The notes: generated by a model from the sequence alone, not told the origin. A stretch of 64,000 nt of DNA from Eubacteriales bacterium (GCA_045632145.1 JAZQWB010000015.1:64643-128642), one strand, 5' to 3'. Counted from the first letter of the stretch, positions 42,439 through 52,882 are shown. Program-made: numbers and translations.

Positions 42439-44988
42439 TTACTTTACAATCTCGAAGGAGAGATAATCAAGATCGGTATAAACGCCGAAGCTAAACTCGA
42501 ATACGTAGATACCTGCCTCGGTGATCTCTACTGTGCCTACAATCGCCTCGCTTACGGGAGAACCAAGGTTGATAGCCGCATCGGCATCGGGAGTGATTAC
42601 CTGATCACCAAGCTTCCATGTATAGGTGGAGAGCTTTTCGTTGCCGTTTGCTCTCGATGCATCCGCATAGCCTGCGATGCTGATCTTAACGGTGCAGGCC
42701 TCGGTAACCTTTACGTAAACGCGGAATACAGAGCCGTTGTCGAAGCCGTAAATTCTGCCGCTGCCCTTACCGCAGTTGCCCTCACCTACAGAGGGAATGA
42801 AGTCGTTTCTGGTAACGATGTCACACTGAGAGCAATCGATGTTCTCAAGCTCGTACTTGGTTACACCGTCGGTTGCAAGAGTAAGGTCAAACTTATCCTC
42901 GGGGATCTGCTGACCGCCGCCCTCTACAACGTCAAAGATGTACTTATCAAGGTTACCGGAGGTAAGGTTCACCTTGAACTCATACTTAACGTTAGCCTTA
43001 AGCTCGATGGTAGCAAGAGTGATCTCGGAGAGATTCCAGTACTGATTGCTGCTTGTTCCTGCAGGAACAGTTGCGTTGTTAAGGGTGATGTTCTTACCGT
43101 TTACGCTAACGGTAGGAATGTATGTAAGAATGCTACCGCCTGCCTTCTTTGCAAAGTTAACAATGAAGTTTACGGTCATATCCTTGTCGGGAATAATGGT
43201 AAACGTCTGATAGCCGCTCTTGATAGCCGCAATACCCTGACCGCCTGTGAAGGACTCGATCTTTACGCCGGCAGATGTCTCAGGAACGAGCTTGTCGATA
43301 GGAAGATTCTCCGCCTCGATAACAACACGACCGTCGGAGATGATAGCATCATACTCAGGTCTGCAGCCGGGACACTTATCAGCGCAAGCGCTCTCGGTAC
43401 AGTCGGTGGTACACTTGCCACAGATAGCACAGGTGTCAGCACATACGTGCTTCTGCTCGTCAAGACCCTTACCGATCTCGTCATAAGAGCCGAGAGAAAG
43501 AATCTCAAACTCAACGGTATCAACGTTACAGTCAACGCCAACAACCTCGATAACGAAGGTGTGGTCACCTGCGGGAAGATTGATTTCACCAAGGCTCGTG
43601 AGCTTCCATTCCCAGTACATTTCCTGAGACTTGTCACCGCCGTGGATATCAATATATTCAACGAACTGAAGCTTTACGCCATCAATATAGAAGCTCCAGT
43701 TGTCATCTACATAGTAAATAGCGTTATTAGGTGTGGTCTTGGACGCCTTGAACCAGATACGGATGGTAGCATCCTCGGAAAGACGGAGAGTGGTGGAGAT
43801 GAGCGAGCCCTTACCGATAGCACCTACAGATGTGCCACCGCTGGTGGAGCAACCGGGCCATTCCTTCTTAACGGGCTCAACGAAGAGCTGACCGTCCTTA
43901 AGACCGTGTGCATCTGCAACGTCGGTACGTGTGAACGCCTTCTCGGTATCGAGAGTCTCGATATCCTTGATAACTCTGTCGGTGGAGGAAATCTCTACCA
44001 CGGAATTGATGTAACGAGAGCCAACGTAAAGGTCAACATAGTCGATGTCAAAGGCATCCTTGCCCTGAACGTCGAAGGTAATGGTGTTTACACCCTCCTT
44101 AAGATTAAGGTTACGGATGATGATGTCAATCCACTGACCGTCTGCCTCAACCATAAGGCCGTCAAGAGGAAGCTCGCCGCTGATAGCACCGTTCTCATCC
44201 ATAGAGAAGTTAAGGTATGTCTTAACAGCCTCGCCCTGAAGGTTGGTGTCGCCGTGGTTGGCAACACGAATAACGACGGTAACACCCTCGTAAGCCTCGG
44301 CAGCGGTAAAGCTGAAGCCGAAGTAATTGTACTTGCCACCAAGGTTGGTAAGATACTTATTGCCACTTACGATCTCATCGGTGGTGGAATTTGCAGCATT
44401 ACCTGTAGCCTGGGTCATATCGATAGCCTCTGCCTCTACACGGTAGGGAGTAGACTCATTCTTTGCAAGAATGTCTACAAGAGAGGTATCGGAAATTGTG
44501 GGATAAACTCTTTGATTAATGGTAATCTCATAACGTGCGGACTTGCCACCGTAGGAGATAGAAACCACACGCACACCTGCGGCGGTGGTATCGGGAGTCT
44601 TGATGCTTACGTCGCTGAGAGAGAGCTGCTTGGTAGTGCCATCGGTGAAGGTAGCAACTATCTTAAGTCCATCTGCGGTAAACTCCTCTCCAAACTTATA
44701 AACGGTCTTAACTGCGGTGGTATCGATGGTGAGAGATTCAACCTTAACGGCCTCCTCCTTCTCCTCGTCGGGGTTCTCGAAGTTGCCCCCATTCTCACCT
44801 GTAATCAAGCCCTCAATATTAAGCGCATCGTAGATAGCACCGAGAGGGCTCTTATCGATTGCACCTATAACTGAGTCAAAAATATCCTCGCCAAGCAGGA
44901 ATACACCGTCAAGCGCGGAGCAGGATGACAGAAGCATAACGCTGGCAAGCAATATAATTGCAACTAATGGTAAACGAAGCTTTTTCAT
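42439..44988 (-). CDS. Large surface lipoprotein with an Ig-like domain and several CBM6/35-like modules
   Basis: Lipobox 'LLSSC' after MKKLRL (I use the start at 44988). Big-type repeat 'ESLTIDTTAVKTVYKFGEEFTADGLKIVATFTDGTTKQL'. Repeated 'VEAE.ID/IEAENL' CBM-like segments. Confidence 0.65.
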   Translation of the reverse strand: MKKLRLPLVAIILLASVMLLSSCSALDGVFLLGEDIFDSVIGAIDKSPLGAIYDALNIEGLITGENGGNFENPDEEKEEAVKVESLTIDTTAVKTVYKFGEEFTADGLKIVATFTDGTTKQLSLSDVSIKTPDTTAAGVRVVSISYGGKSARYEITINQRVYPTISDTSLVDILAKNESTPYRVEAEAIDMTQATGNAANSTTDEIVSGNKYLTNLGGKYNYFGFSFTAAEAYEGVTVVIRVANHGDTNLQGEAVKTYLNFSMDENGAISGELPLDGLMVEADGQWIDIIIRNLNLKEGVNTITFDVQGKDAFDIDYVDLYVGSRYINSVVEISSTDRVIKDIETLDTEKAFTRTDVADAHGLKDGQLFVEPVKKEWPGCSTSGGTSVGAIGKGSLISTTLRLSEDATIRIWFKASKTTPNNAIYYVDDNWSFYIDGVKLQFVEYIDIHGGDKSQEMYWEWKLTSLGEINLPAGDHTFVIEVVGVDCNVDTVEFEILSLGSYDEIGKGLDEQKHVCADTCAICGKCTTDCTESACADKCPGCRPEYDAIISDGRVVIEAENLPIDKLVPETSAGVKIESFTGGQGIAAIKSGYQTFTIIPDKDMTVNFIVNFAKKAGGSILTYIPTVSVNGKNITLNNATVPAGTSSNQYWNLSEITLATIELKANVKYEFKVNLTSGNLDKYIFDVVEGGGQQIPEDKFDLTLATDGVTKYELENIDCSQCDIVTRNDFIPSVGEGNCGKGSGRIYGFDNGSVFRVYVKVTEACTVKISIAGYADASRANGNEKLSTYTWKLGDQVITPDADAAINLGSPVSEAIVGTVEITEAGIYVFEFSFGVYTDLDYLSFEIVK

Positions 44989-45102
44989 TGTCGTTTCCTT
45001 TCTAAATAAAATATTTGCGTCTTTATTATAACATTTTAACATTAGCAAAATCTATTCTCAAAATCACCAAAATGCCCCACCGTTTTTGTACAAAATAGAC
45101 AA

Positions 45103-45135
45103 TAAAAAAACCGACGGAGCTTGATTTTCGTCGGT
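45103..45135 (-). terminator. Intrinsic terminator after pcp
   Basis: On the minus strand: accgacg / cgtcggt stem followed by T7. Confidence 0.65.
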
Positions 45136-45145
45136 AGATGATTAT

Positions 45146-45730
45146 TTAACTGATGCTTTTTATCGCACTCTCAAGAGCGGCTACAATCTGTGACAGCTCC
45201 ATCGAGGGCTCCTTGCCCTGCTCCTTACAGTAGGGAATGTGGATAAAGCACACCTTGACGTCCCCTCCCCTATAGTGATGAAGGAGGGTGTAAAGCAGGT
45301 CGTTACATACGTACGCACCTGCCGAGTATGAGAGCCTTGCAGGGACTCCCGAGGCATTGATTTCCTCTGCCATTTTACGCACCTTGAGTGTGGAAAAATA
45401 CGCCCTTTCTCCCTCGGGAATAATGGGTGTATCCTTCGGCTGATTGCCCTTGTTGTCGGGAATGTCCGCGTGTCGCAGATTAATAGCCACAAGCTCGGGG
45501 GTGACGAATGCCCTGCCCCCTGCCTGACCCACGCAAATGATGGCATCGGGCTTCAGCTCTGCCGAGGCAGAGAGCAGCTTCTCGGCCGCCTCACCGAATA
45601 CCACGGGCAAAAGCAGCCTTGTAAGTCGGTAATCTCCGACACTCTCGGGCAGACGGCAAACCGCCTCCCAGGAGGGATTGATGCTTTCTCCGCCAAAGGG
45701 CTCAAAGCCTGTTATAAGCAGCCTTTTCAT
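45146..45730 (-). CDS. pcp: Pyroglutamyl-peptidase I
   Basis: 'LLITGFEPFGGESINPS', catalytic 'SAGAYVCN' and 'FIHIP'. Confidence 0.9.
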   Translation of the reverse strand: MKRLLITGFEPFGGESINPSWEAVCRLPESVGDYRLTRLLLPVVFGEAAEKLLSASAELKPDAIICVGQAGGRAFVTPELVAINLRHADIPDNKGNQPKDTPIIPEGERAYFSTLKVRKMAEEINASGVPARLSYSAGAYVCNDLLYTLLHHYRGGDVKVCFIHIPYCKEQGKEPSMELSQIVAALESAIKSIS

Positions 45731-46284
45731 TTTATTTTCTTTCCGTCGGAGAAGGCCTGACCTACAGGCTCACCGAAGCTGATGTAGTGATGAGACACGC
45801 TATCATAAATGATAGGATTAACCTTTTTTGCATCGATTTTGCCATTTTCATCAAGTACAGACTCGTCTGCGCTGACGTTGACAATCTCACCGATGCAGAT
45901 GCCGTCCTCGGTAAACTTATGAAGTCGGCACTCAACGGTTACGGGAAGCTGATCGATAATAGGCGCGTTTACAAACTCGCTTCTTGTGGCGGTAAAGCCT
46001 GCGCGATCAAACTTGTCGGGAACGTCGTTTGCCGAGGTGATACCCACATAATCGCAAGGAATTACGGTGTCCGCGGTGGCAAAGCTGACGGTAAAGGCTC
46101 TCTGGTCCACAATATTCTTGGTGGTCTTATGCTCGTCGGCAAGGCAGACCATCAGAAGATTGGTATCATAGATACCACCCCAAGCCGCATTCATGGCGTT
46201 AGGCACACCCTTCTCGTCGTAGGTGCCAACGATGAAAACAGGCATAGGATAGAGCCAATTCTTTACTCCAAAGTTCTTACGCAT
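45727..46284 (-). CDS. Flavin reductase-like domain protein
   Basis: 185 aa. 'PMPVFIVGTYDEKGVPNAMNAAWGG' is typical of the flavin reductase-like family. It has a 4-nt overlap with pcp. Confidence 0.75.
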   Translation of the reverse strand: MRKNFGVKNWLYPMPVFIVGTYDEKGVPNAMNAAWGGIYDTNLLMVCLADEHKTTKNIVDQRAFTVSFATADTVIPCDYVGITSANDVPDKFDRAGFTATRSEFVNAPIIDQLPVTVECRLHKFTEDGICIGEIVNVSADESVLDENGKIDAKKVNPIIYDSVSHHYISFGEPVGQAFSDGKKIK

Positions 46285-46295
46285 ATTTTTCTCCT

Positions 46296-47630
46296 TTACT
46301 CTCCAACGGCCTTGTTGGTAAGCATAATTGCCGCAAGCTTAAAGATAGAGGGGTTGCCCATTTTAGCCTCGCCCTCGCCAAGCATCATAGACCTTTTGCT
46401 CTCATTTACGCTATTCCACTCGGGCATATTTTCGCTGTTAGGATGGCCGTTTTTCGCAAAATTGCAAAGATAAGTTGTCATTTTGTCGGATAATTCGTAA
46501 TCTTTCTGCTCCATAGGACGCCAACAGTTGTCGAGAGTTCCGAACCAATACCAAAGATCAGCAGAGTGCCACGCACCGTTGTTGTCACCGGGAAGCATTC
46601 TGTCAAAGTGGTAATGATAAAGGCTTAAAATCTTACCCTTGCCATAGCCCTTGCCGAAGGAGTGGAGCATAGGAGGAGCCATATCGTGACTGTTTGAGCC
46701 TACGATGTAGGGTATCTGCTTGGGTGCAGCACCCTCGACGATAAGCACACCGTCCTTCACAGGGAAGGTAGCCATAGCACCGCCCTTGACCTCCTTCTTG
46801 GTCTTCTGCCAAGCGGCAAAGAGCTCCTCGGGGGATACCGCACGAAGCTCCTCAAGAGTAGCACAGCCAAGTGCCTTCATAAGCTCCTGCCAGAAGGGAT
46901 AAACCTTCTCGGGGGTGCTCATCAGCATATTACTCATTCCGCATCCGCTGGACATAATAGCAGCTGAGAAAAGTCCTTCTGTAAGGGGGCTTTCCACAAG
47001 ATGCTGCACGCTCATAGCACCGGCACTCTGACCCATTATTGTAATTTTTGAGGGGTCACCGCCAAAGGCAGAAATATTATCCCTTACCCACTTAATAGCG
47101 GTAATCTGGTCGAAAAGACCGTAGTTGCCACAATGCCCTGCCTCATCCTTCAGCTCGGGAAGGCAGGCAAAGCCCATCGGGCCAAGACGGTAGTTTATTG
47201 TTACCGCAACTACGCCCTTCCCCGGCCAAACGGGGCCGTCAAAATGCTTCTCGTGGCCGCATCCGCCTGTAAATCCACCGCCATGAATGTAAAGAAGGAC
47301 AGGCAGCCTGCTGTCAGCCTCCGCACTCTCGGGAGTCCAGATATTAAGGAAAAGACAGTCCTCGCTGTAGGAATACTTCTCTCCCTTGCGGAATTCGTTG
47401 TAGTAAAAGATTTTCTTTAAATTATCCTCTTCATTATAAAAGGCTCTGGGCTGATAGGAGCAATTGCCATACTCTGTGGCATCGTAAACTCCGTCCCACC
47501 CCTCAACCTGCTTAGGATATTCCCATCTGCCTGCGGTAGCATAACGGACCCCCTTAAAGGCAACAACGCCCTCGAGAGCACACTCTGAGCCCTTGATTTC
47601 ACCGCAGGGAGTGTTGATCAATTTTTTCAT
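46296..47630 (-). CDS. Carboxylesterase type B family protein
   Basis: 'EDCLFLNIW', oxyanion motif 'IHGGGF' and nucleophile elbow 'GQSAGA'. Confidence 0.85.
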   Translation of the reverse strand: MKKLINTPCGEIKGSECALEGVVAFKGVRYATAGRWEYPKQVEGWDGVYDATEYGNCSYQPRAFYNEEDNLKKIFYYNEFRKGEKYSYSEDCLFLNIWTPESAEADSRLPVLLYIHGGGFTGGCGHEKHFDGPVWPGKGVVAVTINYRLGPMGFACLPELKDEAGHCGNYGLFDQITAIKWVRDNISAFGGDPSKITIMGQSAGAMSVQHLVESPLTEGLFSAAIMSSGCGMSNMLMSTPEKVYPFWQELMKALGCATLEELRAVSPEELFAAWQKTKKEVKGGAMATFPVKDGVLIVEGAAPKQIPYIVGSNSHDMAPPMLHSFGKGYGKGKILSLYHYHFDRMLPGDNNGAWHSADLWYWFGTLDNCWRPMEQKDYELSDKMTTYLCNFAKNGHPNSENMPEWNSVNESKRSMMLGEGEAKMGNPSIFKLAAIMLTNKAVGE

Positions 47631-47688
47631 ATTTTAGCCTATCTTTCGTAGAATGGTTTTGTTGATAAGTATACCAAAATTTATTTAA

Positions 47689-49107
47689 TTACTCCTCGAT
47701 CGCAGGAGCTTCTTCCTTGTTTGCAGCCTTGAATGTTGCCATCTTCTCACGAATCTCGGGAGTGATGTTCCAAACAAACTTGAATGCCGCCCAAGAGCCG
47801 AGAATAAAGAGCGCGGGAGCAAGAACGCAAAGGATCTTGAAGCCAAATACGGTTGCATCTCCCTGTACGTCGAGCTGAGGATTATATCCAATCCAATCGA
47901 GTGCAAAGAAGCTGAAACCAAGACCGACGGTCTGACCGATACGGCGCGAGAGGTTGAAGGTTCCGTAAATAGATCCCTCTGTACGCTTGCCTGTAATAAA
48001 CTCATTATAGTCAATAGCCTCACCTACAAGACCCCACTGCATCTGGATAGAAACCATAGCCATACCCGAGCCCGTACCAAGAATAACACCGTGAACAAGA
48101 GGATTTACGTCCATAAAGAGGTGCATAACGAAGAGCAAGCCACATATCGCGCCACCTAAAAGAAGCGTGTAACGGATAATCTTTTCAAGACCGAACTTCT
48201 TACACAGGAAGGGCACGCCGGCCATTGCGCCCACCATAAAAGGCGCAGAAAGCACAGAAGCAATAGTCTTATATGTAACGTCGTTGTATACCGCATCATA
48301 CATATACATGCTGATATTCTCTGCAAGATACTGCATAGTACAGATACATACGCCATGAATACAAAGAGCGATAAACGCGCGATTCTTTTTAACAACATCG
48401 AGAATGTCGGTAAGCTTAATATCGTCAGCCTTTGTTTCCTCATCAACGATACCGCGCTCCTCAGTAAACGCATAGTGAAGAAGGCAAACAACAAAGCCAC
48501 CAATAGCACATGCCACACCGGTGATCATATAACCCGTAGAATTGGTGTCACCAAACATACCGATGATAACAGGACCGATCATACCGGGAATCATATTACC
48601 GAACATAGAACCAACACCTCTCGCAGAGGAGAGAGACGCACGCTCGGTGTCGTTGGTAGACATAGCCGAAAGAAGCGAGCCCATAGGAATGTTGAACATT
48701 GTGTAGGATGCCTCGTAGAGAATCTTGAACGAGAAGAGGGCTATAAGCAAAGGAATTCCGTCAAGGAGCGTAGGCACTGTCCAAAGTGCTATCGCAGTAA
48801 CTGCGAGGAGAGGAGTTGCGCGAAGAAGCCAAGGACGGAACTTGCCTCTCTTGTTCTTGTTGCGTGCAAACGCCTTATCCATAATTGCGCCCATAATAGG
48901 ATCGTTAATTGCGTCCCAAATGGTCCAAATAATAGTAAGCACACCCATTACACTTGCATTTACTCCAAGCACGTTGGTACAGTACATTGAGAAAATACTT
49001 GCCATGAGTGCGAATGTCATGCAGCCACCGAAGTCACCAAACATATAACCCATCCAATGCTTGGTAGTAAGGCCGCCCTTAGATGCTTTGTTTTTAGTTT
49101 TAAGCAT
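47689..49107 (-). CDS. MFS/GPH family glycoside transporter
   Basis: 472 aa with 12 TM segments. 'GYMFGDFGGCM...DAINDPIMGAIMDK', characteristic of melibiose/glucuronide-type carriers. Confidence 0.75.
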   Translation of the reverse strand: MLKTKNKASKGGLTTKHWMGYMFGDFGGCMTFALMASIFSMYCTNVLGVNASVMGVLTIIWTIWDAINDPIMGAIMDKAFARNKNKRGKFRPWLLRATPLLAVTAIALWTVPTLLDGIPLLIALFSFKILYEASYTMFNIPMGSLLSAMSTNDTERASLSSARGVGSMFGNMIPGMIGPVIIGMFGDTNSTGYMITGVACAIGGFVVCLLHYAFTEERGIVDEETKADDIKLTDILDVVKKNRAFIALCIHGVCICTMQYLAENISMYMYDAVYNDVTYKTIASVLSAPFMVGAMAGVPFLCKKFGLEKIIRYTLLLGGAICGLLFVMHLFMDVNPLVHGVILGTGSGMAMVSIQMQWGLVGEAIDYNEFITGKRTEGSIYGTFNLSRRIGQTVGLGFSFFALDWIGYNPQLDVQGDATVFGFKILCVLAPALFILGSWAAFKFVWNITPEIREKMATFKAANKEEAPAIEE

Positions 49108-49145
49108 TTTTTAGTCCCTTTATCTTTGTTTTCTTATATTTTTCT

Positions 49146-49188
49146 TGGAAAAAGGCCGAGTCGAACCTATAATACAGTCCGACTCGGC
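49146..49188 (-). terminator. Intrinsic terminator after the ABC ATPase gene
   Basis: Stem gccgagtcg (49155-49163) / cgactcggc (49180-49188), followed on the minus strand by cttttt. Confidence 0.55.
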
Positions 49189-49202
49189 AATAAAGCAAAA
49201 TA

Positions 49203-50327
49203 TTATACCAGAAGGTTTTTCTGACTTGCCTCGTCGAAGAAGTGCATAACCTTACCCTCAAAGGTAATGTGAATCACAGTTCCCTGTACGAGTGACTTGC
49301 GCTGCTCATCTGTAAGAGAAACGGTGGGGATACGAACAATAAGCTTGTCGCCACTCTCCACCACAACGTGAAGGTGAAGCTCGCTACCCATCATCTCGTT
49401 TACAATAATCTCGCAGGAGATAGCCTTGGGATCGGATGCCTCCGCAAGAACAAAGTGCTCGGGACGTACACCGAGAACAACCTCGCGGGAATCGATGCCA
49501 CAGGAAGCAAGAGCATCAGCCTTTGCACCGGTAACCTCAATCTTTGCACCGTAGGGAGTAACGAAGTACTTGCCACCCTCCTTAACAAGCTGAGTCTTGA
49601 AGGTATTCATCTTGGGAGCACCGATAAACTCGGCAACAAAGAGATTGCAGGGCATATCAAACACCTCGGTAGGTGTGCCAACCTGCTGAATAAGACCGTC
49701 CTTCATAATAACGATACGGTCACCGAGTGTCATAGCCTCGGTCTGATCGTGAGTAACGTAGATGAAGGTGGTGTCAATCTTCTTACGGAGAAGGATAATC
49801 TCTGCTCTCATCTGGTTACGAAGCTTTGCATCCAGGTTGGAGAGAGGCTCATCCATAAGGAAAATCTTGGAGTCACGCACCATCGCACGGCCGATAGCAA
49901 CTCTCTGACGCTGACCGCCCGAAAGAGCTCTGGGCTTTCTGGTAAGATACTCGGTAATGCCAAGAATCTCAGCAGCCTCGGTTACTCTCTTATAAACCTC
50001 ATCCTGAGGCACCTTCTTAAGACGAAGGCTGAAGGCCATATTCTCGAAAACGGTAAGGTGGGGATAAAGCGCATAGTTCTGGAATACCATGGCAATATCT
50101 CTGTCACGGGGCTGAAGGTCGTTTACAACAACACCGTCAATCTCAACAGTACCGTCGGAAATATCCTCAAGACCTGCAATCATACGCAGGGTGGTAGACT
50201 TACCGCATCCCGAGGGGCCTACGAAAACAATAAATTCCTTGTCGGCAATATCAAGGTTGAAGTTATCTACCGCAACGGTGTTCTTGCCGTATATTTTCTT
50301 TACGTTAGTTAATTTTACACTAGCCAT
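49203..50327 (-). CDS. Sugar ABC transporter ATP-binding protein (MsmK/MalK/UgpC type)
   Basis: 'GPSGCGKST', 'LSGGQRQRVA' and 'LMDEPLSNLD', plus a C-terminal TOBE-like domain. Confidence 0.9.
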   Translation of the reverse strand: MASVKLTNVKKIYGKNTVAVDNFNLDIADKEFIVFVGPSGCGKSTTLRMIAGLEDISDGTVEIDGVVVNDLQPRDRDIAMVFQNYALYPHLTVFENMAFSLRLKKVPQDEVYKRVTEAAEILGITEYLTRKPRALSGGQRQRVAIGRAMVRDSKIFLMDEPLSNLDAKLRNQMRAEIILLRKKIDTTFIYVTHDQTEAMTLGDRIVIMKDGLIQQVGTPTEVFDMPCNLFVAEFIGAPKMNTFKTQLVKEGGKYFVTPYGAKIEVTGAKADALASCGIDSREVVLGVRPEHFVLAEASDPKAISCEIIVNEMMGSELHLHVVVESGDKLIVRIPTVSLTDEQRKSLVQGTVIHITFEGKVMHFFDEASQKNLLV

Positions 50328-50339
50328 TTTTCTTTCTCC

Positions 50340-51245
50340 TTATCCCTTAACTGCGCCGCCTGTTACACCCTCAACGTAGTACTTCTGCAAAGCAAGGAAT
50401 ACTATGGTAACAGGAATTGCAACTACTACACCGGCTGCACAGAACATAGTGTAGTGATAATTAATCATCGTCTTGTCAAGCAAGCCCCACATACCGACAG
50501 CAACGTTTTGTCCCTCGGCAGCACCGTACGCCATGTAACGCGCAAACATAAAGTCTCCCCAGGGAGCCATAAAGCCCATAAGGATGGTGTAAATGATGAT
50601 AGGCTTGGACATAGGCATAATAACCTTGTAGAATACCTGCCAACGGGTTGCACCGTCAACTCTCGCCGCCTCGTCAAGGCTCTTGGGAATGGTATCAAAG
50701 AATCCCTTGGATACGTAGTATCCCATACCCGAGCTTGCACAGTAAACTATGATCAAGCCAATGGGTGCCAATTCACGGGTAAGGCCGTAATCTCCAAACA
50801 TCTTAAGGTCGGCGAAAACCTTATAAATCAGGATCATGGTAAGGAAGCCGGGGAACATACCAAGAATAAGCATGGAGTTCATAAGCAGCTTTCTGCCCTT
50901 GAATCTGAGTCTGGAGAGTGTATAGGACATAGAAAGAACGAAGAATGTCTGAAGAAGCGCGGTGGAAACACCCATAATAAGAGTGTTGAGATACCACTTG
51001 ATAAAGATACCGTCCTTGTAGGTAGTCAGCTTGATGTAGTTGTCAAAACCGAATTCCTTGGGGATGAAGTAGTTTACCTGCCAGGTGCTCTCTACTCTGA
51101 AGGACTCGAGCAGGATACCGAGGAAGGGGAAGAGCCAAACGCAGGTCATCAAAACAAGAACTATGTAAATAAGGGTATTGGAAATAGTTCTGCTGGCCCT
51201 TGTGCCGAGAAGAGACTGGTGCATTTTGTTATCTTTTTTTCTCAT
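50340..51245 (-). CDS. Carbohydrate ABC transporter permease (MalG-like)
   Basis: EAA-type loop 'IPKSLDEAARVDGATRWQVFYKVIMP' and 6 TM segments. Confidence 0.85.
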   Translation of the reverse strand: MRKKDNKMHQSLLGTRASRTISNTLIYIVLVLMTCVWLFPFLGILLESFRVESTWQVNYFIPKEFGFDNYIKLTTYKDGIFIKWYLNTLIMGVSTALLQTFFVLSMSYTLSRLRFKGRKLLMNSMLILGMFPGFLTMILIYKVFADLKMFGDYGLTRELAPIGLIIVYCASSGMGYYVSKGFFDTIPKSLDEAARVDGATRWQVFYKVIMPMSKPIIIYTILMGFMAPWGDFMFARYMAYGAAEGQNVAVGMWGLLDKTMINYHYTMFCAAGVVVAIPVTIVFLALQKYYVEGVTGGAVKG

Positions 51246-52831
51246 CAGCTGTAATCCTCCTCATTCTTAGTAGACGGAATTATGTTATAAATGATGAGCG
51301 AGAGTATTGCTACAACAAGGAATATCATAATACCGATAACCGATGCCATGTAGTATCTGGCACTGGTGTTACCTATAGTAAGCTTGAACAGCCAGGTAAC
51401 AAGAAGGTCGGTCTGACCGACAGAGGTACCCGCAATGGTACCGAGAGCCTGATTGGTAGGCTCACCGCCCGTCAGAAGGTAAATAACGTTGAAGTTATTC
51501 AGGTTACCCACAAAGCTGGTCAGAAGATATGGACCTGTTACGAAGAGCATGTAAGGAAGGGTGATCTTGGTAAACTGCTGTACACCGTTTGCACCGTCAA
51601 TCTTTGCAGACTCGTAAAGGTCGGCGGGAATATTCATAAGAATACCGGTTGCCATAAGCATTACGTAAGGAATACCGATCCAGATATTGATTACGATAAG
51701 CAATATTCTTGCGATAAGAGGAGAATTCCAAAGTCCGGTAAATCTGTTTACCTCAAGATAATCATTAATGAAGGGAATGCTCTCAATCAAGCTGCCCACA
51801 AAGCCGGTGGTGCTGAACATCTTGGAGATGTAAAGCAAGGAAACGAACTGGGGAATAGCGATGGTCAACACCAAAACGGTTCTCCAGAACTTCTTGATAA
51901 CGATACCCTTCTTGTTGATCATGATCGCAACCATCATACCGAGGAAATAGTTGGTAAAGGTAGCGAAGAATGCCCACATAAGGGTCCAGCCGAGAAGCTC
52001 GCCGAAGGCAAGTCCAACACCGCCCGCGCCAAAGTCCATCAAGGCATTGAAGTTATCAAGTCCAACCCATGTGAATAGGTTAGCATAACCGTCGTTAAAG
52101 GCATCATAGTTGGTAAAGGAAATGATTACCATAAAGATGATGGGAAGAACGGTAAATGCCAGAATACCGAAGAGAGAGGGAGCAAGAAGAGTCTTGTGGA
52201 ACTGGTCATCAAGAAGGGACTGAAGGTCCTCCTTGCCACTCTTGATCTTCTTACCCTTGGCGGTGATATCCATACAGATACGGCACTGCTTTACCTGCAT
52301 TCTCCATGTTGCAATAAAGGAAACGATAAAGATGATGGTGAGAAGACCGTAGAGCAAAACTCTTACAGAGTCGTCACCCTCCACCCACACGGGAGTGTCG
52401 AGGATATCATCATATCCCATATGGCCCTGCTCTGTACCGATAGTGGCACCGATCTTAAACCAGTTGCCCTTACTGAGCCAATGGAGACCGAAGCCAAGCT
52501 GATTTGTACCGAAGGGGATGAACATATATACAACGAATATCAGCTCGAAGAGAAGGAAGAGCACACCTCTCATGATCTGGCCGTAATACAAATTACCGAA
52601 GCCAAAGATGAGGAAGGAAAGCTTTACTGCCCAATTTCCCTTGGTGAAGGTGTGGAAGATGTCCACAAACTCGTCTCTGATTGCAAAAACAACACCCTTA
52701 AGCATATTCAGCAGGGATAAGAATGCGTTCTTAAACCAAGCAGGAATGCCGCAGAAGAACATCTTAACATCATATATAAGCGCCTGAGGCTTACTCAGCT
52801 TCAGGTACTCTAAGCTGTTTAGTTTTTTCAT
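51245..52831 (-). CDS. Carbohydrate ABC transporter permease (MalF-like, extended N-terminus)
   Basis: 'IPADLYESAKIDGANGVQQFTKITLP'. I set the start at MKKLNS (52831). The upstream in-frame extension would run through a 17+ bp hairpin. Confidence 0.8.
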   Translation of the reverse strand: MKKLNSLEYLKLSKPQALIYDVKMFFCGIPAWFKNAFLSLLNMLKGVVFAIRDEFVDIFHTFTKGNWAVKLSFLIFGFGNLYYGQIMRGVLFLLFELIFVVYMFIPFGTNQLGFGLHWLSKGNWFKIGATIGTEQGHMGYDDILDTPVWVEGDDSVRVLLYGLLTIIFIVSFIATWRMQVKQCRICMDITAKGKKIKSGKEDLQSLLDDQFHKTLLAPSLFGILAFTVLPIIFMVIISFTNYDAFNDGYANLFTWVGLDNFNALMDFGAGGVGLAFGELLGWTLMWAFFATFTNYFLGMMVAIMINKKGIVIKKFWRTVLVLTIAIPQFVSLLYISKMFSTTGFVGSLIESIPFINDYLEVNRFTGLWNSPLIARILLIVINIWIGIPYVMLMATGILMNIPADLYESAKIDGANGVQQFTKITLPYMLFVTGPYLLTSFVGNLNNFNVIYLLTGGEPTNQALGTIAGTSVGQTDLLVTWLFKLTIGNTSARYYMASVIGIMIFLVVAILSLIIYNIIPSTKNEEDYS

Positions 52832-52863
52832 AAAGCAAAAACACGAACCACGAAAAGGTTCAT
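52828..52863 (-). CDS. Candidate 11-codon leader mini-ORF (MNLFVVRVFAL) translationally coupled to the malF-like gene
   Basis: AAGGAG (52873-52868) lies 4 nt upstream of the ATG at 52863. Its TGA overlaps the permease ATG as ATGA. Confidence 0.3.
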   Translation of the reverse strand: MNLFVVRVFAL

Positions 52864-52882
52864 AGGACTCCTTTTTTTGATA

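Noticed and set aside
39672-42494. A 940-aa plus-strand ORF antisense to the GH3 gene. Similar long shadows occur at 2447-4042, 16995-19046, 25539-26861, 27124-28200, 37324-38658, 43447-44874, 57558-58595 and 62167-63555.
   Set aside because: These ORFs are codon-aligned mirrors of genes with clear family motifs. Their products are low-complexity (rich in L/V/G/K/C) with no recognisable domains, no RBS and no independent start context. Avoidance of TTA/CTA/TCA on the true coding strand explains them.
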